Assembly: GCF_964355755.1 (NCBI RefSeq) | Contig: NC_092673.1 | Span: 15,286,948 to 15,350,947, forward strand | Length of the DNA: 64,000 nucleotides | Direction: 5' to 3' | Origin: Antedon mediterranea | Taxonomy: Eukaryota > Animalia > Echinodermata | Shown here: in pieces, positions 62,001 through 64,000 of the stretch | Layout: each line of letters opens with the position of its first letter | Position numbering within the stretch: the stretch's first letter is position 1 | Program-made: the position numbers and the translations under genes | The notes under the pieces: generated by a model | Database searches by the model: none | What the model saw: the letters and a program-made list of their open reading frames with translations, nothing else | What the model was told of the DNA's origin: nothing

Positions 62001-64000
62001 TGACACAAAACAGCCAATATGCTGCTTCGACTGCGTTCCTTGTTCCACAAATACAATATCAACTAATGAAGGTAAGGTAACATCTATAGAGTTTCAAACT
62101 CCATCAGTATTTTTCGCGCCGCGACGGAAGCATTTGGAAACTGTATCACGCGGAAGCTTATACTACTACGGCTGGAGAAATAGGTATTTGGAAACTCGGA
62201 CTGGGCATTTTCAAACCCCGAAGCACAGAGATGAAAGTCTATGAAATATGCAGACAGTAGTACGGTAGTAGTTCAATAAACAATGTTTTCACTTTGGCTG
62301 TCAACGTAGGAATTTATCATCAAATAATGGTCAAATCCTTCCTCTATGGTAAATAGTTTTGGCGAATGGTGCATGGGGAAGAGTGAATCCCTGGTGTGTA
62401 TAGATGAAGACTTGTTTGATTAGTAAGTACGTTTGTCGGCGGCTGAACGACGAAGGTTCTTCCTTTTTGTTTACAGGAATGTTGGGCTATGTTGGTCCCT
62501 ATCCCTGAATATGCACAGTACTATTATTTTAGTTTAGGATTATAGTGTTGTTCTATACATCAGTAGGTCATGGACTTTTGTTATGAAATAAAAGTTGATT
62601 GTTTGATTGCGGATTTAATTAATTGATTGATAAGCTAACTCAACTACAGAAGGAAATGCCCAACCTCAAAACAATTATGTATTTATGCCCTGCTTTATAA
62701 TTAAATAGAGCATTTCATCTTTTACGTTACACAAAATGTTTACTAGATCTACTGATTGTTTAAAAAAAAGTAGTGCTAAATCATTTTTTTCTACTACTAT
62801 TATTTTTCCAATTAATGAATAGAATATCAATAAAATCGTAAAAAACGCACAATTTATTGAAGATGATAATATTTTATTCTATTCAATTTTTTGTAAGAAA
62901 TATTTGTTCTTGTTTAACACAAGTATAACCAAGGGAAGAGTTATTCCCTGGTATAACCTTTAGCCTGTAATGTATTCTGTAATGTGCTGTACTAGAACTG
63001 AACACACATTGTATAAAGGAATTGAGAGTTATTTTGTGCTTGACAACTTCAATCAACAAATCAATCAATTGATACAAACTAAACATAAATGAATAATCAA
63101 GCAAGATGGATAGGTGGACATGCAGCAGAAACAATGATATTAAAACTCTGTCTTATCCTTAATTTGAAAGCTTGAACATACTCCGAGTTTGGCAATACAC
63201 ACATTTTATCAAACTTCGGCAAACTGCACAAAACTAGTTTGTGGAAGTTGGGTCATGCACCTTCTTGACAAACTTCACTGACCTTTGTGGAGTCAGCGAA
63301 TCAGATCAAAGTATTTGTATTCATTTGATTCTGCAAGTGGACAAGCTATAGATCATGTGATATATAGGCCTATGATAAAATAAGTGGAACTTGAAGTTGT
63401 GCAACACACTTATTCACCAAAAAAAAAGATAGATTGTGCGGGAAGAAAAAGGTATTTAATGTTTAGTTAAATAAATGTAATAAAAGTGAAACAATTATTG
63501 CCAAAATTTAAAATAAACGTTTTGTCTTTCAGATCAATCCGAATGTGACAAATGTGCGGAAGGATATTATTCAAATGATGAAAACACTGAATGTCTGTTG
63601 AAGGAAATGGATGTTTTAGACTGGAGCGATCCTGGTGCCATTGGTTTCCTCGTCTGGTCTGGTGTTGGCTGTATTCTTACATTCATCACTATTGCTATAT
63701 TTTACGTGAAACGAGAATCGGAAATTGTGAAATCGTCATCACGAGATCTGAGTATGATTCTACACGTTGGAATCGTTTTCGGTTTTCTTTCTCCAATTTT
63801 GTTTATTATGTCGCCAACGGATACCCTATGTCAGCTACGTATTTCTATTTCCAGTGTTCTTGACTGTCTTTTATTGTCCGTGTTTCTAATAAAGATTTAT
63901 ATGGTCATAAAAATATTTAATCGCGGGAAGAAAGGCAAAACTATGACAAACTTGAAAATTAGACTGAAAAGGTATCGTCTGCTTATAGTTTCTATGATCA
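59043..64000 (+). CDS. Class C GPCR, calcium-sensing receptor / vomeronasal type-2-like; exons 59043-59907, 60784-61442, 61948-62071, 63533->64000 (3' truncated by the window)
   Basis: Signal peptide; Venus flytrap motifs GDIYIGGL, AIDEIN, YPTFFRTVPND, FNWTWVG, DENYG, ICIA, WFNEFWE..FDC, YNAVYAIGYA; Cys-rich domain VPTSVCSLPCKPG..CCFDCVPC..CDKC..SN...EC; then TM1-TM3 (IVKSSSRDLS, CQLR). Splice phases 1, 0, 1 are consistent. Confidence 0.92.
62930..62950. mobile_element. 21-bp P-superfamily-like footprint
   Basis: CAAGGGAA-GAGTTA-TTCCCTG flanked by a perfect 7-bp direct repeat GTATAAC (62923-29, 62951-57). Confidence 0.6.

Overview
AT-rich (roughly 30% GC by eye) intron-containing animal genomic DNA, most likely a marine invertebrate (echinoderm-like is only a guess). 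Four spliced protein-coding genes were reconstructed by hand with consistent GT-AG phases: an Emx homeobox gene (+, 8053-17462) in a ~34 kb otherwise gene-free region; the CCA-adding enzyme TRNT1 (-, 34580-38784); protrudin/ZFYVE27 (+, 43317-48547), head-to-head with TRNT1; and a CaSR/V2R-like class C GPCR (+, 59043 to the window end, truncated). A tRNA-Asn(GTT) gene lies just past the TRNT1 3' end. Non-coding DNA is full of non-autonomous DNA transposons (Harbinger-, Tc1/pogo-, Merlin-, MULE- and Helentron-like), an RTE LINE relic and minisatellites. Most notable: (1) strongly over-represented TAGGCCTA and related TA-x-TA words that behave like insertions at TA, probably transposon excision footprints; (2) 21-33 bp P-element-type footprints with 7-bp TSDs; (3) a 46-bp x10 array in a TRNT1 intron that multiplies the exon/intron junction (AG|GT). 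All homology calls come from recalled motifs, not database searches.
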